This document shows positions 53,460 through 64,000 of a stretch of 64,000 bases of DNA, one piece after another. The translations under genes and the position numbers were made by a program. The notes below the pieces were generated by a model. It was not told where the DNA came from. It saw only the letters and a list, made by a program, of their open reading frames with translations, and did not search any database. The stretch is taken from assembly GCA_054600435.1 (NCBI GenBank), contig BAAIJX010000081.1, forward strand, positions 1 through 64,000. Reading direction: 5' to 3'. Positions within the stretch are counted from its first letter, which is position 1. The number at the start of each line of letters is the position of its first letter. The stretch is from Neophaeotheca triangularis. Taxonomy: Eukaryota.

Positions 53460-54352
53460 GACAGGTCGCCAACCTGCGGGGGACTAACGCCTGGGTGAAG
53501 TGTTTCTTGCTAGTCTATGTCTTCTGTACAATGCGTGCGCCCAAGCAGGGATGGAGGTTCGTAAAGTATCGGATGCTGCCGTCGTGGCCAGACGAGCTGT
53601 AGTTACAGGTGTTTTGGGATGTATTATGTATTGGTCGAGCGTTTCTGAAGCAACCCCCGCGTCCCCTATGTACTGTAATGGAAGTTAGTTAAATCGACCT
53701 GACTCCGCAGGACCCTGTGATGTGATGTGCGCAGGCGGCAGAGGGCGGGCCGACAGCTCTGGCTGTGGGTGCAATACTGGAATGCGACGAGGGTGGGAGC
53801 TGATGTTGTGTCTGTTCTATGGTGGTGTGACAGATGCGCTCGTGAAGCTGCTGTGGGAGGAGAATATGGTGAGAGAGGAGGAGAGGAGTGTACAGTAAAA
53901 GGTCGAGTGGACGACGACGTATGTGGTGGTGGTGGTGGTGCAAGCTGACGAGACGGCTGGTTGGCTCAGGCTGGCTCAGGCTGGCTGGCTGTGTGGCTGC
54001 GCGCGTAGGTATTAATTAGGCAGGCTTCGCCTCTTCTTCGGCTATAGAGCTTGAAGATGCAGCTTATTTCCTGGTCGGCTATCGATAGCCGCCTTAGGCA
54101 TGCATTACTACTAGCTTAGCAGAGTACTGTGCTGTACCTAGGTACTATGCAGGTACTACTGTGTACTTACTACTCTCGTCCAAGTGAAAGCCGAGGTCGT
54201 CGAATCGTTTCGTCCTCCAGGCACGTAGACAACCACAGACATGTAGCCTTCATCACAAGACACCGTCAACAAAGTTTCATATCAACCTAGGAAGTCATTG
54301 TATTCCATTCGTCGCTAATAGAGTTTGCTGTCCTCCCAGTAGAACAAGAACA

Positions 54353-55380
54353 ATGGCTTCATTCACCGTCGCTACTGCCATTGAGCAAGTCGATAGTCAC
54401 ACATATACCGCCAACTTTGACGACTCTTGGGTAATAGGTCAAGGTAAGTAGTGATATCAATAACTCGCTACCAAACTCGACTACTGACAGTCTGCCCTCC
54501 AGTCCCCCACGGCGGCTATGTAACGGCCAGCTTCCAACAGGTCGTCAGGAAACACTTTTCTACAACCCTCCGCAAGCAGGACCAGCCACACACCATCGCC
54601 CTCCACCTGGACTTCCTCCGACGCACCGAAACCGGTCCCGCAACATTCAAGATCAAGGACGTCAAGCTCGGCCGCCAGACCTCCATCGTGCACGTAACAC
54701 TGACCCAAAACTCCCGCGAGGAAGTCGTCGGCTACTTCACCAACAGCAACCTCTCCACCGAAGCCGGTCCTACTTTCCCGACAAACTGGGCCCTCGACCC
54801 ACCAACCTCGCCCATCAACTTTTCGCAATTGGAAAAGGACAACGACCCCAACTGGGCCCTGCGCCGCGTCTGGCCTTTCGCGGCCTTCCGCAAGGCCACC
54901 ACCAAAATCCTTGCGGCCTTCCCTCGCGCCGGCCAGCCTTCGCGCTCCTGTATAGATCAATGGATGCGCTTTTCCGACCCGGATGAGAAGTTCACGAACG
55001 AATCGCTGGGTTTCGTTGCCGACATGTTCCCGCAGTTGATCGAAGCGCACCGCACCGGTGGCGAAGACGTTTACCATCCCGACTACGAGAAGAACGTCTC
55101 GCCACAGCAGCAGGAGGAAAGAGAAAAGGGGCGGGCGAAGTTCTGGTATCCGACGCTGTTGCTTAATCTGGAGATCAAGAAGGCGTTGCCGAAGGAGGGG
55201 GTGGAGTGGCTTTTTGTTAGGACGGGCACGAAGGTCATCCGCAATGGAAGGTACGACTTGGAGGTTGTCGTTATGGATGCTGGCGGTGAGGTTGTGGCTT
55301 TGAGTCACCATGTTGTATTTGTAGTGGGGGCGGAGAGGAACACTGCTACCAGGGTTTCAGGGACAAAGGCGAAGATGTAG
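54353..55380 (+). CDS. Thioesterase-like (double HotDog) protein (intron 54444-54502)
   Basis: SWVIGQ|VPHGGY, LHLDFLRRTETGPA, KLGRQTSIVHVTL, WYPTLLLNLEIKKALP, NGRYDLEVVVMD. Confidence 0.88.
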
Positions 55381-55780
55381 AGAGGGGGATGTATAGACCA
55401 CGCTTACCGTAAACTTACATCAAGGCGTCCAGTCCAACGGTAAACAAAACCGCCCTCGGAAGCGTTTTCCAATACTGCTCAAGTACCAAATCGTGTCGTC
55501 TCGCCGTTTACTTTGCTGTCACTCGACCGTGCTGTCGATGAAAAGAGATGTTTTCGTGCATGGATTCTCAGGCTTGTCATTGCAGGCTCTGTGTCTGAAG
55601 GAGGTATCGAGCAAACCCAACCCAGGCAGAGCCGCAGCCTAAAACGCCCCATGCCGCGCATACACGAGCATGCATCCCCTTGCGAGCCAACTGCCCCCTG
55701 CACCTACATCCTCCTGCATCTCGCGCTTCCCTTCATCGCTGCTCCTCCTCAATATCTCCACGCTTCCATCAACTCCCAGC

Positions 55781-56248
55781 TTATCTCAGCCTCCTGGCCT
55801 CGCGCTCAGACTCGAGCAGGCAGAGAATGTCGTCCTCGCGAACTGGAGTGCGGTGTATTAGTATCGGTGTCCCTTTTCAATTTTACTGTTCCGTGGGATG
55901 GCGGTGATCGCGTACCTGGGCCCTTGACGTTGCGGATAATGCTACGGGTGGTGTCGTCCATGAACTCGACGCGGACTTGAGTAACACCGCCACGGGAGCC
56001 TGTGAAGGTATGTTGTCAGATTTTGTTCTTGCTCTCTCCAATTGTATCTTCAATGGTATCTTTTCCCCCTCGTCCATCATTACAGTCGCAAGGCGGAATA
56101 GTTCGGACGTACCGGTGCGGCCGAGGACTCTGGTGACCTTGACGAGCTTGACGGGGACCCTACAGGCAAGTCATGTCAGTACTGTCCCTCTCGTGGCTTT
56201 CTCCCATTGGGTCGCGGGCCAGGGCATGCCATACTTTGCGGAATCCAT
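55781..56248 (-). CDS. RPS28: 40S ribosomal protein S28 (eS28); introns 56160-56234, 56000-56112, 55843-55915
   Basis: Spliced product [68 protein letters not shown]. Confidence 0.97.
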
Positions 56249-56712
56249 TTTTGCGGAGGGGTTGAGATTTGAGGTGGGTGGTGGTGTGTGTAGGGTTGGC
56301 TGTTCCTTCGCTGGATGGGTCTTGCTGTCGTCGTCGTCGTCGGCGCTCAAGATGGAGGTGCGCTTCAAAGGAATTTCGGAAGTTGCCCGTGCGCCGGACA
56401 GTTGCGAATCTTGGCACTCTAAAGTCACGTGTTGGCTCCAAGAGATGGCGGGGCTTATTGAGCGTCCCGTCCGGGAAGGAAAGCCGAAGCCAATCAATTC
56501 CCCCACGTTGGGCCAAGTCGGCGACGGTCGAGTCACATTGAACTTTTGTTGTAGTCGCAGCAAACATTGATGAGTCCCAGCGCATTCGCTGTGACACCAC
56601 CGCACCCCCTCATCGAGCGACAGTGACAGTACAATCGTAATCGCGGACTCACGACCTACCTACAGACAGCTTGTTTGCCTCTCCGTCTGTACCATACAGA
56701 TAAACAGCAGCC

Positions 56713-57897
56713 ATGGATCTGGTCAACCAGTATGTCAGTCATTCTCAGCCATGCACTCCTCCACCCGCCCTCTCGCGTTCGAAAGACGTCCCAGTCGAGC
56801 CTTGCCAGCAATCACTAACGTCATTGGCAGTCTCAATGACCGCCTCCTTTTTGCGGTACCCAAGAGTACGTCGCTTTCCAATATCCTCAAACGTCCCTCT
56901 TAACTAACACCTTCCCAGAGGGCCGCCTGAACGAAGCATGCCTCAACCTCCTATCTGGGTCCGACATTCAGTTTCACCGCCACAGCCGCTTGGATATCGC
57001 CCTCGTCAAGAACCTCCCCATTGCCCTCATCTTCCTTCCCGCAGCCGACATCCCCACCTTCGTCGGTGAAGGCCGAGTCGACTTGGGAATAACAGGCCGC
57101 GACCAAGTTGCCGAGCATGAAGCAGCAGTCCCGCCCACCGACACGACGGGCGTAGAGGAGGTTATGGATCTGGACTTTGGCAGGTGTAAATTGCAGGTTC
57201 AAGTGCCAGAGAATGGCGAGATTCAGACTGTCGAGCAGCTGGTCGGGAGGAACATTGTAACGAGCTTTACGAACTTGTCAGAGGAATACTTCAAGGATTT
57301 GGAGAAGAAGGCTGTGGTTGCCGATGTCGCCGCGAACGGCGAGCCTAGCAAATCGCAGACGAAGATCAAGTACGTTGGAGGCAGTGTAGAGGCAGCTTGT
57401 GCACTGGGTGTTGCGGATGGAATCGTGGATCTTGTTGGTGAGTCACAGACACTTTGCGCAGATTTTGTCTCTGCGTTTGGCAGCCAACCAGAAATAGCAA
57501 CTGACCACGATTGGACTCAGAATCTGGCGAAACCATGCGAGCGGCCGGCTTGAAAGCGATAGCAACCGTCGTTGAGTCGACTGCCGTCCTCATCCGATCG
57601 AAACACCCCTCCGACGGGAAGCTCGTCGAGCTTATCGCAAGCCGCATCAAGGGTGTCATTACTGCGCAAAAGTTCGTCTTGTGCACTTACAACGTTGAGC
57701 GCAACTCTCTGGAGAAGGCGTGCAAGATCACGCCCGGAAAGCGGGCACCCACAATCAATAGCTTGGAAGAGTCTGGATGGGTTGCTGTGTCGGCCATGGT
57801 GGAGAGGAAGAGGATTGCCGTTGTCATGGACCAATTGGCTGAGGTTGGAGCTTCGGACATTCTGGTTATGAAGATTGATAACTCTCGTACGGCTTGA
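56713..57897 (+). CDS. HIS1: ATP phosphoribosyltransferase (introns 56730-56830, 56866-56918, 57438-57520)
   Basis: MDLVNHLNDRLLFAVPKKGRL, LPAADIPTFVGEGRVDLGITG, GSVEAACALGVADGIVDLVESGETMRAAGL, ITPGKRAPT. Confidence 0.97.
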
Positions 57898-58286
57898 GAT
57901 ACCAGGTTTCGATCCACCTTCGATATTCGAACCTTTGGTCAGGCCCGATATAGGTATGGAGTCACGAGGTGCCCCGAGACCACTTCCAGAGATGCAACTA
58001 TGCGGACCATTGAAATAAACGAAAGCTTGTCACGAATAGACCTAGAGCTTGGCCTCAGCTTGGAACATTTTGCCAGGCATAGCAACATTCCGAAATACAC
58101 ACCTTTGCATACCTGACCGACGTTTCGAACGGCCGGGGGGCCACGATAGAGAGAATGACATAATGAAGAGCCCCTCCTTCCTTTTCGAGCGATGAGCCTG
58201 CCCCGCAATGAATGACACCAAGGTAAGATACAACTTTCTTCCAGAACACATCTCCCCCCTTTCCCCATCTTCAACCCCTAGCAGCC

Positions 58287-59339
58287 ATGGCAGAAACGAA
58301 GTACTTCGAGAAAGAAATCACCCTCTCCCCAAACTCCTCCCCAGCAGGCTCCACCTTCCCAGCCAAGCTCGCCTACTGGACCTTCGGCTCGCCCTCGAAC
58401 CCAGCGATTCTCCTTCCCACCTGCTACGGCGGAAGCCTCGCCAGCACATTTCCCTTCCTCTACGATGGCCCTGATGCGCCGCTCCCGTCTTCCAAATTTT
58501 ACATCATTGTTGTCGGCCTCCTAAGCGGCGGCGAATCCTCCTCCCCCTCCAACACCCCCTCCCCGCACAATGGCCCCAACTTCCCTCACGTAACCTACGA
58601 AGACAACATCCACCTGCAACGTGCCCTATGTTCTTCCCTCGGCATCCTCAACGACCGACTCTTCGCTTACATAGGCTTTTCCATGGGCTGCCAGCAAGCC
58701 TACCACATGAGCGTCCTTTACCCAGACTTTGTCCAAAACGCCATCTGCATCGCCGGTTCCGCGCGCACGAGCTCGCACAACTGGTCATTCCTCGAGGGGC
58801 CCCGTCATGCGCTGACGATGAGCGCGGACTACCATGGTGGATATTATGCCGAGCGCCCGGTCATGGGATTGACGGCTTTCTTCCACACGTACAGCACGTG
58901 GGCGTTGAGTCAGGGCTGGTTCCGGCAGAAGTGTTGGGAGCAGTTGGGGTTCGGCAGTTTGAAAGAGTATTTGGAGGCTTGGTGGACGCCGGCTCCGGGT
59001 AGTGGGAGGGGGGGGAGTGATGCGAATGATTTGCTTTGGTTGTTGGAGACGTGGCAGAAGGGGGATGTTACGCTTTATAATGAGAGGGATGGAGGGGAAG
59101 GGGATGTCGGGGATTTGGGCAAGGCGTTGGGGAAGATCAAGGCGAAGGTCTTGGTGATGCCGAGTCGTACTGATCAGTACTTTCCCCCAGAGGATAGTGA
59201 GATCGAGGTGGGCCTGTTGGAGAAGGGGGAGTTTAGCTGTATCGAGACAGTGTGGGGGCATATGGCTGGCGGTGGCAACGGGAGTAAGGAGGATACGGAG
59301 TTTATCAAGAAAGAAGTTAGGAGATTTTTGGGGGTTTAG
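58287..59339 (+). CDS. Alpha/beta hydrolase, homoserine O-acetyltransferase (MetX)-like
   Basis: LAYWTFG, LLPTCYGG, GESSSPSN, nucleophile elbow GFSMG, TDQYFPPED, WGHMAGGG; intronless. Confidence 0.85.
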   Translation: MAETKYFEKEITLSPNSSPAGSTFPAKLAYWTFGSPSNPAILLPTCYGGSLASTFPFLYDGPDAPLPSSKFYIIVVGLLSGGESSSPSNTPSPHNGPNFPHVTYEDNIHLQRALCSSLGILNDRLFAYIGFSMGCQQAYHMSVLYPDFVQNAICIAGSARTSSHNWSFLEGPRHALTMSADYHGGYYAERPVMGLTAFFHTYSTWALSQGWFRQKCWEQLGFGSLKEYLEAWWTPAPGSGRGGSDANDLLWLLETWQKGDVTLYNERDGGEGDVGDLGKALGKIKAKVLVMPSRTDQYFPPEDSEIEVGLLEKGEFSCIETVWGHMAGGGNGSKEDTEFIKKEVRRFLGV

Positions 59340-59513
59340 TCGCAATGCTTGCCTACACTTCCATCCATTAGATCGTAATTGCATCTACAGTATACCGTGC
59401 ACACCACGGCGTCTGTACCGTTCATTCCACCGGCAGGTCCGCGCCAATGCTACCATCCATCCACCCACCAACTTCGCAACAACGTAAACGCCACCCGCCA
59501 CAGCCCAAAAAAC

Positions 59514-60205
59514 TCACCCCCAAACCAACTCCCACCCCCTACAAACCACCCACCCAACCCCACCCAACCCCAGCACCCCCCAAACCGCCATCGCCACCAA
59601 AACCCTCCCCCTCACCTCCAAAGCCTCCCCAAACTCCAACCTCGCCAACGCCCGATGCTTCTTACGACGATACCAACCACCAAAAACCTTTGCATCGTCC
59701 TCGATCCCACCGCCATCGCCGGCTGAAGTAGAAGAGGAAGGAGCCTGACGGTAGGGTTCAGGATTTAAGAGCCAGACTCCCGGGTTCGGGCTGGGGTTCG
59801 AGCGCTGGCTGTTTCGCCAGGAGCGTTGGCGGTAGTCTACCCAGTAGAGGGAGAGGAGGAGGGAGAGCATATTTAGGGGGGTTAGGAGGAACTTTTTGCG
59901 AAAGAAGGGGGGAGTTTTGGTGTTAGTTGGTTTTTGGGTTGAGTAGGTTTGTCGTGGAGGTTGGTGTTTTGTTTACTCACTTCGAGGAGGAAAGATTGTG
60001 GTTCGGGAGGGTTTTGGGACTTGGTTTCTGCTTCGGGAGATGAGGGAGGAGGGCATCGGTTGGATGGGAGTTTTGTGAGTGGGTTGTCGTCATTTGGGAG
60101 GTTTAGGAATGGGTCGTTTTCTCGTTGCTTGTGGAATCTATGGCGGTGTTGTTTGAGTGATTGGGGCTGTGATGATGATGTTGATGACATTGTCATCGTT
60201 TCCAT
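59514..60205 (-). CDS. Uncharacterised two-TM membrane protein (about 200 aa, intron 59892-59980)
   Basis: GTGAGT...ACTAAC...AAG intron joins two ORF-track pieces: FLLE|FLLTPLNMLSLLLSLYWVDYRQR ... WYRRKKHRALARLEFGEALEVRGRVLVAMAVWGVLG. Confidence 0.7.
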
Positions 60206-61847
60206 GGTTGCTTTGACGTTTACGGTCGCGAGTGTTGCAGACGGAGAGGCGGGAAATTGGATGGAATTGATGGTTACATTGCGCTGACTCTGACGCTGAT
60301 GAAGTTGCGATGAGGTGTTGTTCGTGTTGTATACACATACTTTCGGAACATTCCGGCCGCTTTGGGGTTCGAGGATTCCATTACTTTGGGACGGATTTCG
60401 GTGATTCCGCGAGGCATGATATCAGTTCTCTACGATGTCGAGAGATGCGCATACGGCCAGGGCATACACGAGGAAAATTTGGGCTTTTTGGACGGATGTG
60501 TAATATCTATGCATTTCAGCTGTGCCAAAAACGCTGGCAGCTTGAGCAGACGTCAGGCGAGCAAGAAAGACTTCGACATACGGCACCAAATATGAGTGCC
60601 ATTCTTTTGGCCACAGGACACGGATGAGGCTGGGAACGTGGAAGCTGCGCTGACGAATAGAGAAAAATTAATCCCATCAACCCCTGCGTAGCTGATCAAG
60701 GGGTCATCTAGGTCTCTAAGGTACCTATCACAGGATCAACTGTAAGACGTGAGCCGGAGATGTCGATGGTTCAGGTAGGAGGGACTGCTTCTTTGAGCAC
60801 CAGCTTGCCTCCCAACAGCCTATCTGGGCAAGATGGTACTTTGTTGGGAATTTGTGACATATAGGCACAGGCTCCAGTGCAGTCCCCTTTCTGTCGTCGA
60901 CAAGCGAAGGTGGAGGTACATCCTTGCTCCCGGCCATAGACAAGACGCCTCCCGGGGCTCAGACAACCGACGACCATGCGTACAGACCCCGAGACCCTGC
61001 GTATCTCGCAAGCCCGCTGCATGTACCTATCTGTCACGGCAAGCGAATCCAAGTCGTCAACAACGTGTCATGGGCAAACACACTGGCAAGACATGGCGTC
61101 CGGGTGAAGTCGTACAGCCGGAAGATCAATGTACAGGAGATCATGGGGTAAGCGCATGAGCGCCGGAGATCTATTCTCGTAGATTGTCGAGGAAAAGGGG
61201 CCCGGGGCTCTCGCGTGGCGCATCAAGTGCACAGGGGCACGTCAAGCTGTCAAACCAAACATTCTCGCAGCGATCGACCGAATGGCTCACGCCCGTGCAG
61301 CCTCCCGCGCGCCACGTACTAGGCAGCGGTGAGTATGGCGTATTTCTGATATGTAGACCTGTCCTTTTTGGGGAGCGGGAAATGTCTGATCTGCAGGCTG
61401 CGTTTTCCGAGCATTTGGCATCAAAGTCGCACAAATTACCTACTAGCTACAGTATACTGTGCACTGCAGAAAGGAGAGTCCGATGCGCTGGTCCTCGGTG
61501 CTTGGGCTGCTTGCATTGCTGCACGATGGAGACCCGGGACCAAGGTTGGGAGTGATTGCCAGTTGCCGAAACGAGACGGCCAAGGGAGGTGGACCAGGTG
61601 GTGGTTGTGCCGGATGCAACAATCGATTTGCTTGTGTTGAGCAGAAGATGGTCGGACGGGCGCCGTGGCTTCGCTTTATTACCCTGTCAATGTCAGTAGT
61701 GACTCTCGGTAGTGTCAGTAGTGAGAGGTAGATTAAGTGTTTGCAAAGGGCGGGGCTCCGAGGGTGCTCGGCGGTGTATCGCATCGCACCTCTGCCTGCA
61801 GGGCTTTTGATTATCATCGGCGTCGGCCGACAAAGGACGACTTGAAA

Positions 61848-61957
61848 AATAACAATAACAACAACGTCAATAATCATAATAATCATAATAATAATAATAA
61901 TAATGGCTGTGCAGCCTACCTCACGTTTACTTCTACTACTACTACTACTGTGACTAC
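61848..61957. repeat. Compound trinucleotide microsatellites (AAC/AAT)n and (ACT)n
   Basis: AATAACAATAACAACAAC...AATAATAATAATAATAAT...CTACTACTACTACTACT. Confidence 0.9.
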
Positions 61958-63257
61958 CGTTGTGTGTCAACGGGAGCGGTGACGATACCGTTTCAAATTT
62001 GCACTTCGGTCTGCCCGACGTCCCACTCCTAGCAATGAATCCATTTATTAAGGTAAGGTACCTACCTAGGTAATAATGAGGTTATGTGACGACATGGAGT
62101 AATCAGATTCATCATTGGCCATCGACAAAAAGTCAATTGGCGCGTGTCGCCTCGTGTGACTTGTGAATATCAATTTGGAGGTGTTATTATTTACTATTAT
62201 TACTTGCCTGGCAAGCCTGGCTACACATGATCGACCGGGAGCGACATGTTCCGTCCGCCCTCTCCGGGTTTTCGGTGCGAATGATCGACTGGACCCTGAT
62301 ATAGTAGTATAACACTTACCTCCTCCTACCCAGATAATCACCTTCAATTGGCCCGATCAGGAAGGCATCGCGTACTTGGCAGGCCTATCAGAGCCGGGAA
62401 GCTCAATGCAGTCGTCTCAAGACAGGGGTCGACAGCTGAGAAGGGTATGCACCACCGTTTCGTTTTCCGGTTCTACCATGCCTACGTAGTCTGTGCCCCC
62501 CGTGGCCAATGGGCGTCGTTAACATGTCGTGCATCTGCACAGAATAATGGCGCTAAATAGTAATAATGTCAGAGGTGCGACATGGTTTCTCTTCCGCACA
62601 GCTGGTCTAGTTGTCGACACTTCCAATCCACCAAGGGGGCCCAGTCATGCAGAGTCGTGGTGGTGCCCACTGCCAACTGCCAACTGCCCAATCCAATGGC
62701 TGCATCATAAGTTAAGGTATCGCTCATATGCGAAAGAGACAAGCCTCGAGTCGCGGGCCACCCCGGGCGCGGGCGCGGGCGAACCACCACCACCACCACC
62801 GCCTCCCCCTCCCGTCGTTGTTCTTGTGCGGCCCGCCGAAGATATTATTGTTATTGTTATTATTATAGTTGCAACAACGTTAGCCCAGCCTTCCAGGTTC
62901 TTGCGGCGCCGCCGAATGAAATGCTCCCGATGTCGAAGCGGCCGGATCGACCGCTTTGCCTTACGGCTAGGAGGCTACCTTATGCACTGGCACCAAATCG
63001 TCGCCACATGCTCTGCCAATAGTAACGACTGCACACCCATCTGGCTGGGTAGCGAAGCTTGTGCGGCTTCTTCATGCATCCTGGGTACAACCAACTGATG
63101 GAAATGGAAGCCCAGGGCCCCAGAAGATTGATCAAAGCCTCACAGACTTATATCAGCCCCGGGCTACCCATGGATTCTTAGCTTCCTTTCGGTCAATCCC
63201 CAGCATCCCGTCACTCCTCCAATTCCCTCTTTATACTAGCAGCTACTAGTATACATC

Positions 63258-64000
63258 ATGTCCCATCCGAGGAGGCTTGATCAGCCAAGGCCCCAGTCAG
63301 ATGCCAGCCCAACTGTATCCCCCGCAACAAGCCGCTCTGAAACAAACAGCAGCAGTGAGTGAGCGGAAACCTTCTCCTCCTTGCACCAATAGCATGTCAC
63401 GCTAATCAAGCACACGTTGTAGCGCCCGGGAGTCAGGCAGTTTCACCCACAGAGCAAGCCCGGAACCAAATAGACTTTCAGTTTCTCAACTTCACTCACC
63501 CTTCTGAGGCCCGCGAAGCTGGTGCCAGACGAAAAGTCCGGAGCCATGTCACCAGGCAGCAGCATCAACGAGAACAACAAACCGCAGCAAACAACCGTCG
63601 TTCGAGGAGCTACCAACAGTCCCCGCATCTCGACCAAGACCAGGCAGTGCCGCAGCGGGCGCACGCAGCAACCTTCCCAGCAGAGCGACCGCGCACTCTC
63701 GAGTTACCACGCTCCAGCGAGACCTCAATCACAACCGCCGATGCCTCCTCGTCTTCCTCCCCCTCGCCCGTTGCTTCTCCTTCAAGTCCCAAGCAGCTCG
63801 AGCCTGCAGAGATATACCCCAAAGAATGGTTACCATTTCTCGACCAGATTGTCGTAAGTTGGCCCAGCACCCTGGCGTATCTAACCACCACGCTCATCAC
63901 AACAACCCCAGGAACACTACCTCTCCACCCGAGCGATTGACATACCCGACATGGAAGACACCGAAGCTCGCAACCTCCTCCGCACCCGCTTCTGGCCCTT
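63258..64000 (+). CDS. Fungal-specific putative transcription-factor-like protein, 5' part only (introns 63355-63422, 63854-63911)
   Basis: FQFLNFTHPSEAREAGARRKVRSHVTRQQH motif typical of fungal proteins lacking the Zn cluster; canonical introns; runs off the window end. Confidence 0.75.

Noticed and set aside
60300..63250. Short ORFs in the 3-kb intergenic region
   Set aside because: Low-complexity or microsatellite-driven frames without coding signal; most likely a long divergent promoter/UTR region.

Overview
Fungal genomic DNA. The ITS and rRNA sequences point to a Dothideomycete, probably Capnodiales s.l./Mycosphaerellales (judged from memory, not a database hit). Bases 1-8532 are one complete 8,411-bp rDNA unit (ETS-18S-ITS1-5.8S-ITS2-28S-IGS, no group I introns, no 5S seen). 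Its first 121 bp recur at 8412-8532, so this looks like the edge of the rDNA array. About 6.5 kb of RIP-like decayed ORFs follow, then ordinary gene-dense sequence: FYV4, KIN28, a CFEM-like membrane protein, CSN1, an MFS transporter, a small GPI protein, PEX10, a BAR-PH-ArfGAP, a thioesterase, RPS28, HIS1, a MetX-like hydrolase and two uncharacterised genes. Three accessory-looking blocks interrupt it: (i) a head-to-head pair of putative chromatin/nucleic-acid-binding orphans (chromo-like+DUF3716; HMG-like+Cys cluster+CCHC); (ii) a PNP_UDP-NB-ARC-TPR NLR with near-identical 126-bp repeats, head-to-head with a CorA-like membrane gene; (iii) an intronless Pif1-family helicase carrying an RNase H1-type hybrid-binding (Cauli_VI) domain. 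Blocks (ii) and (iii) are the best candidates for an undescribed system. Domain calls are motif recognition by eye and intron models are read from splice consensus plus frame continuity; nothing was computed or searched.
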